This document shows positions 36,556 to 49,865 of a DNA stretch of 64,000 bases, in pieces. Source of the stretch: Camelus ferus (lineage: Eukaryota); contig NC_045697.1 in the NCBI RefSeq assembly GCF_009834535.1, positions 43,216,001 to 43,280,000 on the forward strand. The letters run 5' to 3'. Each line of letters opens with the position of its first letter. Position 1 is the first letter of the stretch. Made by a program: the position numbers and the translations under genes. Below the pieces are notes generated by a model that saw nothing but the letters and a program-made list of their open reading frames with translations, was not told the DNA's origin and ran no database searches.

Positions 36556-37664
36556 GGTATTCCTCTCGTCCCTGAACTCCTCTTTCAATATGTGTGTATT
36601 TTGATTACTACTGAAAGGAAATGAAAAAATTTAAATAGTGGATCATGGTGATAAAATTGTAGGTGATAGTTAATGATGTCTCAGTCTCTGTTATATTTTG
36701 TTCATCAAATAGGTATCATATATTTAAACTTTTTCTTTTACACAGGTAGTACCTATTTATGGTATGAAATGTAGAAAATCAGGAAAGTAAAAAGAAGAAA
36801 AAATAATCACTCATAATCTCATAATTTAAAGATGTCTACTGCCAAAGTAAATTTAATGCTGGATGAAGATGGTAGGAAACTTGTTGGAAAACGTCAATCT
36901 CATATTTAGTAAATAGGGGACAGATCCTGTTGAAGGGCTGACTTGAAAGAAGAGAAAAAGGGACTGACATGCTCAGATAGGGTTTTGGCTGGAGGTTCAT
37001 GAAGGCCCCATCTCTATCCATGTAGCTAATCCAGGCTGAGGGAGCCCAAGTATAGGAAATCATCAGAACCAAGAATTTCCAGCTCACTCAGTTCTAGCAA
37101 TGGGGCTCTGTGTGCCTTGGTCACCCTGCCACTGACCTTCCTCCCTGGGAAAACAGGGAAAATCTTTGAAGACTCTACTTCCTTTTATCAAGTTATCTCT
37201 TAAAATACTTAGTCTTACAAAATATTTAAGCTGGCCAATCTTAAAAAGTAGAAATAAGGTAAAAGTATTTAATGCTTATAAACAGCACAGAGTGAAACTC
37301 TTAGAGATAGACAAAAATATTTGGGTTCTACAACCAAGGATGGCAAATAGAATGCTCCATGCATAGGCCAGAAGTAAATTAAATATCATTTAGTTAAGCA
37401 TTTTGATTTTGTTTAATGGGAAGTTAATTCCTGAAATGGCAAACTGTCTCTTCCATGTGGCAGAGTATAAATGGAATCCAAACCTACCTGGTTCTCATTT
37501 GGTTCTCTGGTTCCCATTTCTATACCCACTCTGATGAGTATATTTGAGATCCAAAGTGAATGTCTCAGCCTGCCCAAAGGCCTTCCTCACCCTGGCAGAA
37601 TGAGATATGCAGGTGTCCTAAGGAAAAAGGGCTACCAACAAAATTTAAGTAGGAAATAAAAGAG

Positions 37665-37885
37665 CTTAATGGAAAGAGAATAGAATCTAGATTCAAGGGA
37701 CATAAGAATACCGTTTACCATCTCTGTGACCTTCGGCAAGACCCTTCACTTCATTAAACCTAATTGTGTCATCTTCACACTGGAAATAACAATAATTCTT
37801 TCCCTATGGGCTTCAGTGGGCTACTGGTGAACTCTTTGTAAATAGTAAAGTGGTATTTAAACACAGTATGTAATAATCATTGTTA
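37665..37885 (+). mobile_element. MIR SINE
   Basis: 'tggaaagagaatagaatctagattca...ctgtgaccttcggcaagacccttcacttc...ctttgtaaatagtaaagtg'. Confidence 0.75.
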
Positions 37886-39109
37886 TATGCCAAGAATTAG
37901 TGTGCCAGTGAGATCTAGTTTTTAGACAGAGAGCTGAATTAGAAATTTAATCTGGGCTAGATATACTAAGAATGAAAATGTCAATTTTATTTACTTTCTT
38001 TAAAAGAAAAATAGTGCCAGCTACAAGAACTAACTCAAGAGTTCAAGTTTAAAGAACACCATCTCCGTTTTAATTAAAGTACATAAACCATGGCCTATAA
38101 TGACAGCTACAACCAAGAGGAGATGATATTAAAACCAGTAGTTTCCTGGCACCATTCCACTGGAACTAGTCTGTTTAATAGAGGGTTGGTACAGAGCTAC
38201 AGAACAGGGTATTCTTCTTTGAAGAGAACTCCCTACTGGCAGGTCTCTGAAAATCCAATTAGCAACAACTGTCAGAAATTAGCTATTGAAGATGACATCT
38301 ATATAAAACCTAAACGCTCCTGTCCTTTCTAGTCTTTGCATATAGAATTAACTCATACTTATTTTCTCCTGGAGCCCCTGCTTGCCTAATCTCCAGAAAA
38401 TATCTTTCCTCAAAATAGCTCCTTACCACTTCTGGGTCTCCTAGGAGCCTGTCTTTGGAATTGGTCCTTCACATGCTTCTGTTCCTGCCTTCCACACATC
38501 GGTGGTTGCTTTTGCTACTAATGAGGGCATCATGAGATCCTGGTGTACTGTCCTCTGCTGGAAATAGCCACTGACATCTTATGGCATAATCTCCTGCCTG
38601 GCCCCTGGTCTTCCTCCACATGGAGATCCCAACTCACTTCAAGGGCTGAGGATGCTTCAAGCTTCTTCTGGCCTCAGGGCCCGGCCCTTTCTGAAGTCCC
38701 ATCCCCTCAACCCAAGAGAGAAGAGAAAGGCCTTCCCTCAGCCCTTCCCTTCACAAGTCCAAGCTACTTATCATGTCTTGTCTCAGGGCTAGCCTATTCA
38801 CAAGATGACTATTTACAGATATATTCCTTTCTGAAGGAACTCTCTACTCTTAGAGTAGGGTCTGGCCTTAGAGTCACACAATTAAAATAAAGCAACTTTC
38901 CCCAAGCCTGGATTTTTAGGTCTTAAAATTTTGACATTTTCAATATGTGGAGTCTGGTCCAGTTTATACTGTTTTAGGCTAAGTTCATATCTTTTTGCAT
39001 TATTTCTTTCATCATGAAGTAAAGACTCAAGCCAGCAAGATTTCCCTGTTGGTCTGGTCTTGGCCTTCCAGACTTTTGTGAAAAACTAAACAAATAAATA
39101 AGAAAATAC

Positions 39110-39510
39110 CCTGAAAAGGGAATTGATTGTCTCATGTAACTAGGAGGTCCTGGAATGGAAATCCCACACACTCATTGTCACAACTGGTTTCCCTCTTTCT
39201 CTACCTCTGCATTGTGATTCTCTCTTACTCTAGAAGGAATTCCTCCATGTAGCAGGTAGAAGGTTGAGGGTTTTATGGCTACAGACAATTCTAAGCCAAT
39301 TGCCACCCCACTCATCTTAGCAACTACAAAGAGGAGAGCAGAAAGGACTCTGACCCATCATTGGTCACACCCGCATCCCTGGCGTGTCATCAGAGTTGAG
39401 AGGATATAGGCAGCTCCACCAGAACCAGATGGACTGACAGAGGCCAGAGGAAAGGACTGTTCCAAGAAGGAGAAGGTAGGTACAATGAACAAACAGAAAC
39501 AAGGGAAATT
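39110..39510 (-). mobile_element. degenerate MLT1 (K/L-like) LTR
   Basis: 'aaaagggaattgattgtctcatgtaact...gaaaggactctga...ttggtcacacccgcatccctg'. Confidence 0.55.
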
Positions 39511-41010
39511 AGGGCCGTATAAACACAAATTTAGGGATTGGAAAATAGATTATCTACCTCTTCAAAAGTGGTTTACTAAAACCTCCAGTGTGCAATACTA
39601 AATAGATCCATTAATATCTTGGTGGGATAAACTTCATTTAGGCACCTTCACTGAATTGAAGACCCTTTTGATAGTATTTGCCTCCTGCCTTAAGTTCTGA
39701 AGTCTCTGCTAGAGTGGTACCTGTTAAAACAGAGAGATTCTGTTCCAAGCCCACTGCCAGGCTCCTGCCTAGGAAGTAGAACTTACCTGCAACTCTCTAA
39801 ATTGGAGATTTTCCAGGTTTAAAATTATCAGTCCCACTGGAAGCCCTGTTACATATGTAGTGTTACTACTTAGTAACACTTAAAGCATGGGTTTTAAAAT
39901 CAGACGAATCTGAATTTGAATCCTTTCTCCACCTTGTGAGCAAAACGGAGGTAGTAATTTCTACTCTACTAGGTGGTGGTGAGGACTAAATTAAGTCATG
40001 CTCTATAAAACTATGACTAATGGTAGTAGCACAGTGGTTTCATAATCAATTCAACTTTTACTTTCACTCAAACCATTTCTATATACTTTAGCAGGAAGTG
40101 AAAACTTTTCAACTAAGTGAATCGTCTATTGTAATCATTCAACTGGCTTAAAAAAAGAAAACTGACAGTAACATCAGTTTTCAGATACAGCCCATGGTTT
40201 TTGAAGAAAGTGTTTACATAATGGGATTTTGGAATGTATGCAATAAGAAGCAGCAGAAGGAAAGAGTGAAAAGTGAAAAGGAAAGAGTGAAAAGAAGGAG
40301 TGAACAGAGGCCAGAGAGAGTGAAGTATGTACTGTGGGGTCTTAATTCTAAAGTCAGAGGGTTCTCACACTGATTCCTAACTTAGAAACTCGGGCTAAAG
40401 ACCTCACAGTATGTGGAAATTTCAGTTTCACAGTCTAGGAGATTTGGGACTCAGATAACATTCATCAAACAGCTGACCCTAGAGATATGCATGGGTCTGG
40501 CTTATACTCAGTGTAAGTAAAAAGGACCCCGCTGAGATGGATTCTTCCTAACTAAAACAAAACCACTGGAAATGAGAGACGATTAAGGAAGCTTAATATC
40601 CCTGAGAAGGAGCAACCTGAATTTAGCAGCTTAAGGTCCCAATCCTCGAAGAGTTTCAGGTTTCAAAGAATTTTAATTTGGAGAATTACAAATCTAGTGC
40701 ATTATGGACATTGAAAGAATATATTAAAATCCAAAACTGGAAGAAAGTCTGAAGAATCTTCGTAAGTTATTACATCATTGAGGTTCAGTAGATACTTTCC
40801 ATGAAAAAGTCAGATTCCATACTGAGATATGAGCAGGGTACTCGTGAGAAAGGCAGATGGGGAGAGGAGGAAGACGAGAGGTAAGGGAGAGGGGAAGGAA
40901 AGAGAGAGAGAAAGAAGAGAAGAGCAGGTGGGAAATGAGAACATGCTATAGCGGGAATGGGAAATAAAAAATAGGACTTTCCCCTGACCCTCCCACACAC
41001 TTATCACTGT

Positions 41011-42036
41011 CAGAGGCAGATTTACCATGAATTAGTCAAGTTTAAATTTTAGGGTGCCTCTTTTGCTCAAGTCTTCTTTCAAGACCCAAAGGAGAATCCT
41101 GAACTGACTGTTCTCACTGTCATGTTTACTAAGTTTGCAAACCTAAGGTTTTTACCACAATCAGTCAGGACCACTGGCTCTTTTGGCTCCTTCCACTCCA
41201 CCTTCCTCTCTAGTCAGGTGGCACCAGAGGGAACAGGCATATTTCAGGATCACACTAAGGGGAAGTTAAGTTATGGATACCTCTGGGTTGAATTCAGTGG
41301 GATATATTTATGAAGTTCATAGTTATAGGGCCAGAGTTCATACCACCATCTGGATATACCCCATGGTACCAGCACCAGGAAGATGTGACTGGAGGAGGAG
41401 AGGATGTTTAATGTGAACAGAGCTGTGAGCTATCTCTGAATAAATTCTTCAAAATATTACAACTCATATATGAAAGAAACTTGATACAGGTTTTCCCAAA
41501 TTTGACAACTCTAAAGTTTTGCATGACCTTGCCAATAACAAATTATGAGGCTGGAGAAATGCTTCTAAACTACCAGTAAATTAAAAATTATTTAACTATT
41601 CCAGAGGAGAGTTTACATTATTTTTCTAATCTTTTGTAAAAAAAAAAAGGTTATTATTTTGGTTTCTATATAAAATACAAGATACCTGGTTAAATTTGAA
41701 TTTCAAACAAACAACAAATAATTTTTAGTATAAGTGTTCCCAATATAGTACAGAATTCAAATTGAACTAGACTTCTTGTATGTTTATTTGTTAAACCTGG
41801 CAACCCTATAAAGTAAAAAATCATTAGTATAGGAAAAGAAGAGTACACAGCCTAAAAATGCAGGAAAGGAAGCATTATAGAGGTGTGCTAGGCAATTAAT
41901 TAAGAAAAAGCATAGTTATTTTTCATGATTTTGTGATGTTTATAGTACTTGCCAGCTTTGTCCTTTAATAAATACATATATACTAAATTTATAATCAATT
42001 CTTCCAAGGCAGCCCACAGACCCGGATCTGCCCCTG
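41011..42036 (+). mobile_element. MER115/Zaphod-related hAT-Tip100 element
   Basis: Imperfect TIRs cagaggcagattta... and ...cccggatctgcccctg. Internal 'ttgatacaggttttcccaaatttgacaactcta...ccaataac' matches the remembered consensus. Confidence 0.75.
41648..41808. mobile_element. MER53 palindromic hAT MITE nested in MER115
   Basis: taaaatacaagatacctggttaaatttgaatttcaaacaaacaacaaataatttttagtataagt...aattcaaattgaactag...ctggcaacccta. Confidence 0.85.
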
Positions 42037-42104
42037 CCCTCACCTCTTCCCCTAAAGGATACAAAAATCTCTCAGGTCTCCTAGGAGTAGAATGGGAAGG
42101 ACAG

Positions 42105-42435
42105 CCAAAAGGAATAATGATCTAATGCTGGCTAAATACATTAAAGGGAGTAAGAAGGTGTTTTACAACTGTACCAGGGAAAAGAAATATTTGAGCATAT
42201 GTAGAGCCATTAACAAATAAGGAAAGGGCTGAAATTAATAATGACTCTAAAACAGCTTAGATAATGAACTTCTTTTTCAACTCTGTCTTTGGCAAGATAA
42301 ATAAGGAAATGGAATTTGCAGAATTAGGAAGTAATGAAGACCTTGTAAAAATAGCTATTAATATAAGGTAGGTAAAAAATGCTTAGAAAACCTGAATAAA
42401 TCAAGATGACTTGGAAATATGCATCCTGGAGTCTA
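42105..42435 (+). mobile_element. CR1/L3 LINE ORF2 fossil
   Basis: Translates (with frameshifts) NDLMLAKYIKGSKKVFYNCTREKK / VEPLTNKERAEINNDSKTA*IMNFFFNSVFGK / MHPGV, compared with CR1 ELxLAxxIKxNKKxFFxYVxxKK / VGPLxxxxGxxxxDDxEKAExLNxFFASVF / xHPRVL. Confidence 0.75.
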
Positions 42436-43284
42436 GAGGTGAGCACATAATGGAGTCACTAAACGGCAGATCATTGTTTTTAAGAATTGTGAGGAGATTG
42501 AGAGCAGAGAGGACAATGGGAGGCACACACACAAAAAATGAATTCCAGGAAAGAAGTTGAAAAGTATAAAAAATTATTCTAGCCACTATAAAGTACATTT
42601 GAATTATTTAATAACCCAAAGGAAACAGGCTACTTATTAAGGAAATTCAATAAAAATATTTATTAAAGCTCGTAAGATCACAAAACCGGAGAAGAGTCAA
42701 TAATTTGTATGCACATTAAGAAGGCTGCCAGATAATAAAAGAGGCATGTAGTAGTATTATATGTAATGAACATTTCATATGCAAAATTATTCTTGATTGG
42801 CTGGATGAAGAATGTAGTTTATTCAATTAAAACCAATACAAGAATCATAAATTACAAAAATAAATCATAAACAATAAAATGTAATGCTGGAAGAAAAATA
42901 GTGGGATAGAGGAAGAGTGAAAGGAGCAGAGCTATGCTAATTGCCAGCCAGATTCTTAAACTCTTTTGAGATTCTCAAAGGAGATATTAGCAAGATCTGT
43001 AACTGATAAGTTTCTCATTATGAAGGTTCTTCAACTTAGACCTCATGAAATCACAAAGTCCAAGAACTAGAAGTTACCTAACATAAGGATATTGAAATTA
43101 ATTTTCACAAGGCAAAAAATAAAATCCAAGGAACAACAAAAATCAATGAAAAGTTGACATTAGCCAATTCAATTATTCGACACATGGGAAAGTTGGGACT
43201 CAACACTTGTCCAAGGTAGCTAGAAACAAAGCCAGGATTGGAAACCAGATCTTTCTGATTTTGTGTTTAATGGTTATTTTTTAG

Positions 43285-43385
43285 ATTTTGTTGTAAGCTC
43301 CATGAGGGCAGAGACCACTGTACCTCAGCACCTCACCCTATGCCTGGCATACACATACTCAATATTTGCTAAGCTATTTGATAAG
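43285..43385 (+). mobile_element. L2 3' end (adjacent antisense MIR fragment at about 43170-43280)
   Basis: ttgtaagctccatgagggcagagacc...tgcctggcatac...ctcaatatttgct. Confidence 0.8.
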
Positions 43386-45271
43386 CATGATACTACCACT
43401 ATTCATCTTTACTTTTATTTAAGGAATTCCCTCCTTTTGTTCCTAATGTCCTATTAGCAAGTGGTCTTGGTGTGATTACTCCTGAGGTGCCACATGCAGA
43501 AAACTACTTATTCATTCTTGAAAATGATGTTAATTTTATTAAAGGCAACAGTGACATCAAAGTTTTTTGCCCTAAAAGAAAGGATTTGTAGATTCATGTT
43601 TGTGATAACCCTTTCAGGTATGTGTGTGTTTGCATTCACTCAGAGGAAAAGTGATCTCTAGAGAATGAAGATTATGTATGTGAAGAACCTAGCCAAGAAC
43701 AAGCTTCATCTAGAAAGGAAGAATAGATATTCAACAAATGTTTCGTTTTCTCTCTCATCTTTGAAGCAGCAGGGGCATTCGCAACCACAGCAGTCAGATC
43801 ACTTCTTATGCATCAAGAGACAACCTGGAATACCAGTGCACATTACTGTGAATAGAGAACATCCTAGAAAACGGAATAGAGAAAGGCTAAGCAGTCTCAG
43901 GGAAACAAATGGTCTCAATCTACTCTTAAGTGAGCCCTCGAACCACATCAATACCTGATTCTATTGTCAACTGACCTTGTGACATTAATGAAAGTGCCTT
44001 GGGTGCCTGAAATGAATTTGAAGCCTCTGTTCAATGATTCCAGAACTTCTACAGAGAAAGGGCTTATAAGCAGCAATGTTTCAATGAGTTAGGGAAATTG
44101 CATGGCAAACACAACATTTTAATTTAGATTGTGTATGTACTTATGGTGGCTGGACAGAAGTTGGTCTGTTCTTAGAGATGATCAGTATTCTATTGTTCAT
44201 CTCCTTCCTCAGGGAGGCCACAGTTTGGGCTCTCACGGCCTGTGCCCTCAAAAATAATAAAGGAGCTAACCTTGGGCACCTTGTTGTGATATAGGGAGGC
44301 TGTAAACAGTTTAACCTGGAAAAGATCTATCTTCATCATGATTAACAAATTTTGTCTCTAGGAAAGCTGCACATGGAGTAAAGTACAAGACCAGAAGAAA
44401 TGGGAGTAGTTCGTTCTGACTGGACCATCTGACTAGGAGGCAGCTCAGAGATGATCCTAAATCCAGAACAGCTAAGAAAGAATTTCAACTCAAGAAGACA
44501 GACCAAAAACCACACTTGTCTGTTGCAGTCCTAAGTGCTGCTAGTTCTCAGAAACCAACCAGCTCAATGCAGCTAAGGATGTTTGGGAGTCTTTCGTCTG
44601 AATGCTGGATTGGACAGCTTATTGTGTGCTTTTTGAAATGAACACTCTAGGCTTCTTGACTACAGATAAACACAAGGTCATATTCCTCATCTGTCATTCA
44701 GATGCAAATGAACAGCTAAATTCATGTTTAAATACTCTTTAAGTTGCTCAGATGTGTTTCTTTCACTTGAGTATTTCCCCCCAAAATTACTATGGCGTGT
44801 GTGCTCCTCTTCAATGTCCAATCTTTCCACTCTTGGAAAAACAGAACTGGACCACTCAGCATTATTCTCTGTATTGTATTAATGAAGAGTTGCTAGGAAG
44901 AGACATGAGAAGGGCAGGCTCTCAGCTGACTTAGAAATTAATTACAGAAAAATGCAAAGACAGGGTTCTTGGAGACTCAGTGAGATCAAAGCTGAGTTCA
45001 GACATGTTTCTGAAAAAGCAGAGGCATAAATTCTATTCTGTCATGAAGAAAATTGTCTTCTTTTCACTCAGTGATTTTTGTAACTCAAATTTAAAGTTCA
45101 TCTTCTCTTAGCAGAATATTATTTGAATAAATTCTTTTTTGACAATAGTTCAATTAGACAAAAAGTTTCCTTACTCAATAAAAGAGACACAATGGTGCTG
45201 TTGTTTTGGCTGTGGCTTTTCAAGGAAACACATTTTAGAAAATCACCCCAAATAATGTCAGTTTGAAGGTG

Positions 45272-46225
45272 CAGCATTTATTAAGCTCCAACTACATGAG
45301 AGGCACTGTGCTGAGCAAAGTGATTACAGGGATAAATAGTACATGCTTTTGGATCAATCTAAAGACCTGTAACCAGGAGGACAGGCACATTTGCAGATAA
45401 CCATGATCCAAAGCAACTATAAACTGTGAATTCAAGGTAAGTCCATAGATAAGGTCCAAGAGAATGTCTATAAAATCTTATGCCACATTTACAGCAGTAA
45501 AAATGTTTAGAACAATGAGCAGTATTGTTTTGCTCTATTTGGTGGTGGGTAGTTCACATCAGTACCATTGAGTTGAGCTCTGAGCATCGTATTTTAAGAG
45601 GGATATAGACAAACTGGAGTATCTTGAAATGAGAGTGAAAGGCTGGTTGAGGAAACAGACAAAACATGTCCTGAAGAGCAGCTTTAGGAGGTGAAGATGT
45701 TCAGCCCTGGGAAGAGTGACAAAGCAGTCTGTGATAAATGTCTTTAAAGATCAGAGGGGCTGTCCTGTGAAGGAGGAGTGGACTCCAGCAGACAAGGCAA
45801 GCACCAGTGGGTGGAAGTTAAAAACAGGTAGCTCTGGATATTAGGCGACTCTTCTAGCAATTAAAACTGCTTTTAATTGGAATGGTTGTCTCTGAAAAGT
45901 GTGAACCGCTTGCTTATAGAATTGTTAGAGAGAGGCTGCATGATTTCTTGTGGAGGATGTTGAAGAAGGGGTTCATGCAATAAAGAGGCTTTGGCTAAAT
46001 GACTCTTTAGGACCCTCTGAGGTCTCTAAGATCCTTAGTGCTATATTAGGGGACTAAGAACATACAAAGGAAGAATGAGCAAGAAATATTAATGCTGCTC
46101 ATAAGAACTGGGGGGACCTTGTACAGGACATGAGACTTGAGCTGAGATTTGAAGAGCAGCTAGGATCTCAGGACATAGTGATGAAGAGAAAGTGCATTCC
46201 CAGTATAAGCAGCAGCAAAAACAAT
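45272..46225 (-). mobile_element. L2 split by an L3 insertion
   Basis: Left piece 'gcatttattaagctccaactacatgagaggcactgtgctgag' (about 45272-45430) and right piece 'gacatgagacttgagctgagatttgaagag...gtgcattcccag' (about 46036-46225). Confidence 0.7.
45520..46035 (+). mobile_element. L3 (CR1) 3' end
   Basis: 'ttttaagagggatatagacaaactggag' (FKRDIDKLE), 'gatgttcagccctgggaagag', 'ccagtgggtggaagtta', and a terminal 'ggctaaatgactctttaggaccctc...tctaagatcct'. Confidence 0.85.
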
Positions 46226-46309
46226 TGTAAATGATGTTACCCTTGGGAAATAAGGGTCATGAAAAGAGTCTGGGCTTTGGAGTTAGACTGACCTGCATTC
46301 AAGTCCTGG

Positions 46310-47325
46310 TTCACTTTCTTTTAGTGACTGTGTCTCCACCGATGACTTCAGCTAAGACTATACCCTCCCCAGTACCATGTCCTTCTGAGCTCCTGACCCG
46401 TTCAAGAAGCATCCTCATGGGTCTCATATACTTCTTAAACTCAATATGTTTACAGCTAAGCTTGCTGTCTTTCATTTGAAATCAACTCCTCTTTCTAAAT
46501 TCTCTACTTCAGTGAAAGCATCGCTGAGTACCCTCGTTGTCTGGCCAAAACATGGGAATCAGCTTAGATTTATCCTTTTTCACACAGTATATGCCCGCTG
46601 CCAATCCCCACTTCCTGGCCACCTCCTCCCTTAAATAGACTGAAGTATTTTCTTCCTCCTTTCCAGGCCCATACCTCTGCTTTACTTTAGAAGTCTGTTG
46701 TTTCTCACTTAAACTCCTAAGTAGTCTAACGCTATCTTCACCACATTTTTGCCTTCAGCACATCTTCCACCTCGGGGTAAAAATGCCATATTAATTGCCA
46801 ATCTTACCACATATCTTTTCTGCTTAAAGATGTCAGCAAATTCTTATCATCTTCATGATAAAATTTAAGCTACTTAATGTGGCACACAAAGTTCTTCATG
46901 GTCAAACCCTTGTTAAGTTGAATTCAGTACAACCCTAGTTTTACTCTCAACTCCTTAGTGAATTTCTTGCCATTGTCCATTGTACAACATTTCTCCAAGC
47001 TTCTAGTCCTTTGCTCATGGAAACTCTTGGACTAGAAACCCGCTTCTCAGTTATTCTCTTGGTTCACTCTTTTGTGAAGGCTCAGCTCTGGTATCACCAC
47101 CCTTGGAAGCCTTCCCTGAACACATTTTCCTCTTTCCTCTTCCACTTTGTTAACAGCTCCCAGAGCAACCTGTATGCGCCTTTATCATGGCATTACCCAC
47201 ACTCCATTGTGATTGTCCGCTTACTCCTCCACCTTCTATACCAGTCTGTGAGCAATTTGAGGGCAAGTATGGCATCTTCAGCTGCTGTATCCCTGGCACC
47301 TGGAAGCTACATAGTGGAATGGATG
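46310..47325 (+). mobile_element. L2 inserted within a MIR (MIR halves at about 46255-46310 and 47328-47400)
   Basis: L2 motifs 'ctgagctcctgacc...aaactcaatatgt', 'aaggctcagctc...tggaagccttccctga', 'tgagggcaag...gctgtatccctggcacctgg'. The MIR reads through when the L2 is removed. Confidence 0.75.
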
Positions 47326-48114
47326 ACAGTTCTCCTTACTGGTTGTACAGTCTTGAACTTAACTTCTATGAGCCTCATTTTAATAATCTGTGAAGCAGAA
47401 ATTTAATAATCTGTGAAGCACTGTGGGGAGCTTGATGAATTTTAAGAGCTAGACTATTGTTCCATCTCTGGGAAGCAGAAGAACAGCTCAATTATGAAAG
47501 CATATTTTTATCAACAAAGGATTTGTTATTATAAATAATATTGAGTCATATCTGGATTGCAATCCAAAAGAAACAACTTTAATTTTTACCCATTTTTGCA
47601 TTTTTCTTTTTTTGCTTAATAATTTTTATCATTAGAATAAATTCATTTATGTGTTCACCTCAAATTCTTTCTTAAAGTAAAGCATTATTTAATTTGCATC
47701 TAAATGTTTAAAATACTGATTATTTATGAACATTAACTTAGGAAACAATAGATGCAAATATAAACAATTTGTAAAACAGACTTTGCACTAAAGCCCCTAA
47801 CTATAGTGAATTTATGGTATTTCTATTTCTGATCCTAATGTATTTGTATTTTCCTTAGTCTACCTTAAAATGAAGTAGTGAACCTAGCTCAGAACTAGCA
47901 AGTCAAATAGTGACGGGACCTGATACTCCAGGCCTGGCGATGCTGCGCAACTAGCCAAACTCAAAGTACGCTCAGAGGTAGGGTGACTGCCAGTCCATGG
48001 AACAGGCTAAAGCTTGTTTCATCCCCATCCTTTCCCCCAAACCCCAGCACCCAATTAGAGCTTCACTAATGCCACCTCTGTAAGACTGGGTCCATCTTGA
48101 TAATACTAAAGGCT

Positions 48115-48118
<4 letters not shown>

Positions 48119-48146
<28 letters not shown>
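48119..48146 (+). repeat. (CA)n microsatellite
   Basis: About 14 CA units seen directly. Confidence 0.95.
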
Positions 48147-48149
<3 letters not shown>

Positions 48150-49614
48150 CCTTGTAATTCATTTATTCAATTTTCTAAAATGCTTATTTCATTTTGTAAA
48201 ATATTGATGACAAATTCTAAAGACTTCTCCATTTGACTACCATTTATTGAAGACCCACTAAGACTGAACACTGTGTTAGGTGTGGGGATGCAAAAGAAAG
48301 ACGCACAGGTCCTTGGCACCAGGACCTTAGAGTTGAGGAGACAAGCTCTATGTACCAGAACTGTAAAATAACATAAAATGAGTTAAAATGGTGACACATA
48401 AGATATGCAAAGAGGATGTACAGATAAGGGATAATGGGAGGGCTGGGCTTCTTGTGGTAACAAGGACAGGGATAAAGAGCTTGGAGAAAAATAATCTTGA
48501 ATACAATAGGGGTTATAAATATTGTTGAGTGAAGCGGTCAACGGGGATCTTAAAATTCACAAGCCAAAGGTTTGTGATTGTATCTGTTTAATCATTTGAG
48601 CCTCTCTAACGACTGCACTTGGTCAGCTTTGGGGATGAAAGAGAAACAGGAGATACTGGGGACTACTTGCCCAGGTATGGATACTGGAGGGGTGGAGTAT
48701 ATATCCCCTGCTCTTATCCACCAAGTATAAGGGTAGATACAAAATTTAACTATCAGCTGAACGGGCCCTTGGGAAGAGTGAAGACACTAACTCAGCCACA
48801 GTTTTATGCACATCAGTTTCTTCCTACTGTCCATGTACACTGTCCTTACAAGGGCTCTACCCTGCCCTTGTCTGGCTCTTTGTTTAGTATGCTTTGAAAC
48901 ATCAACTGTTTAGGACCCTCCTTCTAACCCATTAGTAATGTACTGTGAGTCCTCTCCTCTCATAAATAAAAGCTAGAAGAAAGACTGACTAAGGGAATAT
49001 CACTCAATTCCCTTTGGGATGCTTCTCCATCCCCATTCATTCTTTCATCCTCTCAAAGAAGCAAAAGAAGATGCTTGCAGATAACCTGAGACAGCTGCCA
49101 GTTGCCATCAGTGTGGAGACAAGATGGAGACAACTTAAGAACCAGCAAAGGTGACCAACCACGTGAAGCACAGATCTTGCACAAAATCATCCAATGTGAA
49201 GAACTGGGTGTCTGCACCTATGCTCATCAGGAAGTTTAACCAGGGAGACCAGCCAGTGAGAAGAGAGATGGCTGAGACCTCCCAAGGTAGCTGCCTCATC
49301 TTTTTATAACAAACTCACCCTGCACAGTTTGGGGGAGTGACGTATCACATTCAGACAGCAATATTCTCATTTCAACCTTTCAAAAGATAAAGCTACCAAT
49401 GGAATTAGAGATTAGAGGAATTCTAAAACATCATCCAAGTAAGTCTGCTGTGCTAGGAGAGGTGGTAGGTTTCTCTCTTGTGACCAAAAGCTAAAGAGGG
49501 TCAAGCCTATCAAAGAACAAAAATTCATAAATAATTTATTTTTTGAATTGATTGTGTATGTTTGGTTTGGGGGAGGGGGTCATAAAAATAATCATTTCTC
49601 TTCAAGGATCCTAA

Positions 49615-49865
49615 TTATAATAACAATGATAAACAAAGGCTTCCATATAGTTCCAGGAAGTCAGCTAAGCAGTTTCCATGTTTAAACACACATAACTCTC
49701 AAAAATATCTTATGAAATTGGTGCTATTACTATACCTATTTTACAAATGAGGAAATTCAGGCATAAAGAAGTCATGCACATGTAAAGACACACAGCTGGC
49801 AAGAAATGGAACAGTGTTTATATTTATGCAGTCTGGCTCCAGGGTATGGTCTTTTAACTGCTACA
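49615..49865 (-). mobile_element. MIR SINE, near full length
   Basis: 'gctattactatacctattttacaaatgaggaaattcaggcataaagaagt...cacacagctggcaag...gcagtctggctccaggg'. Confidence 0.88.
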
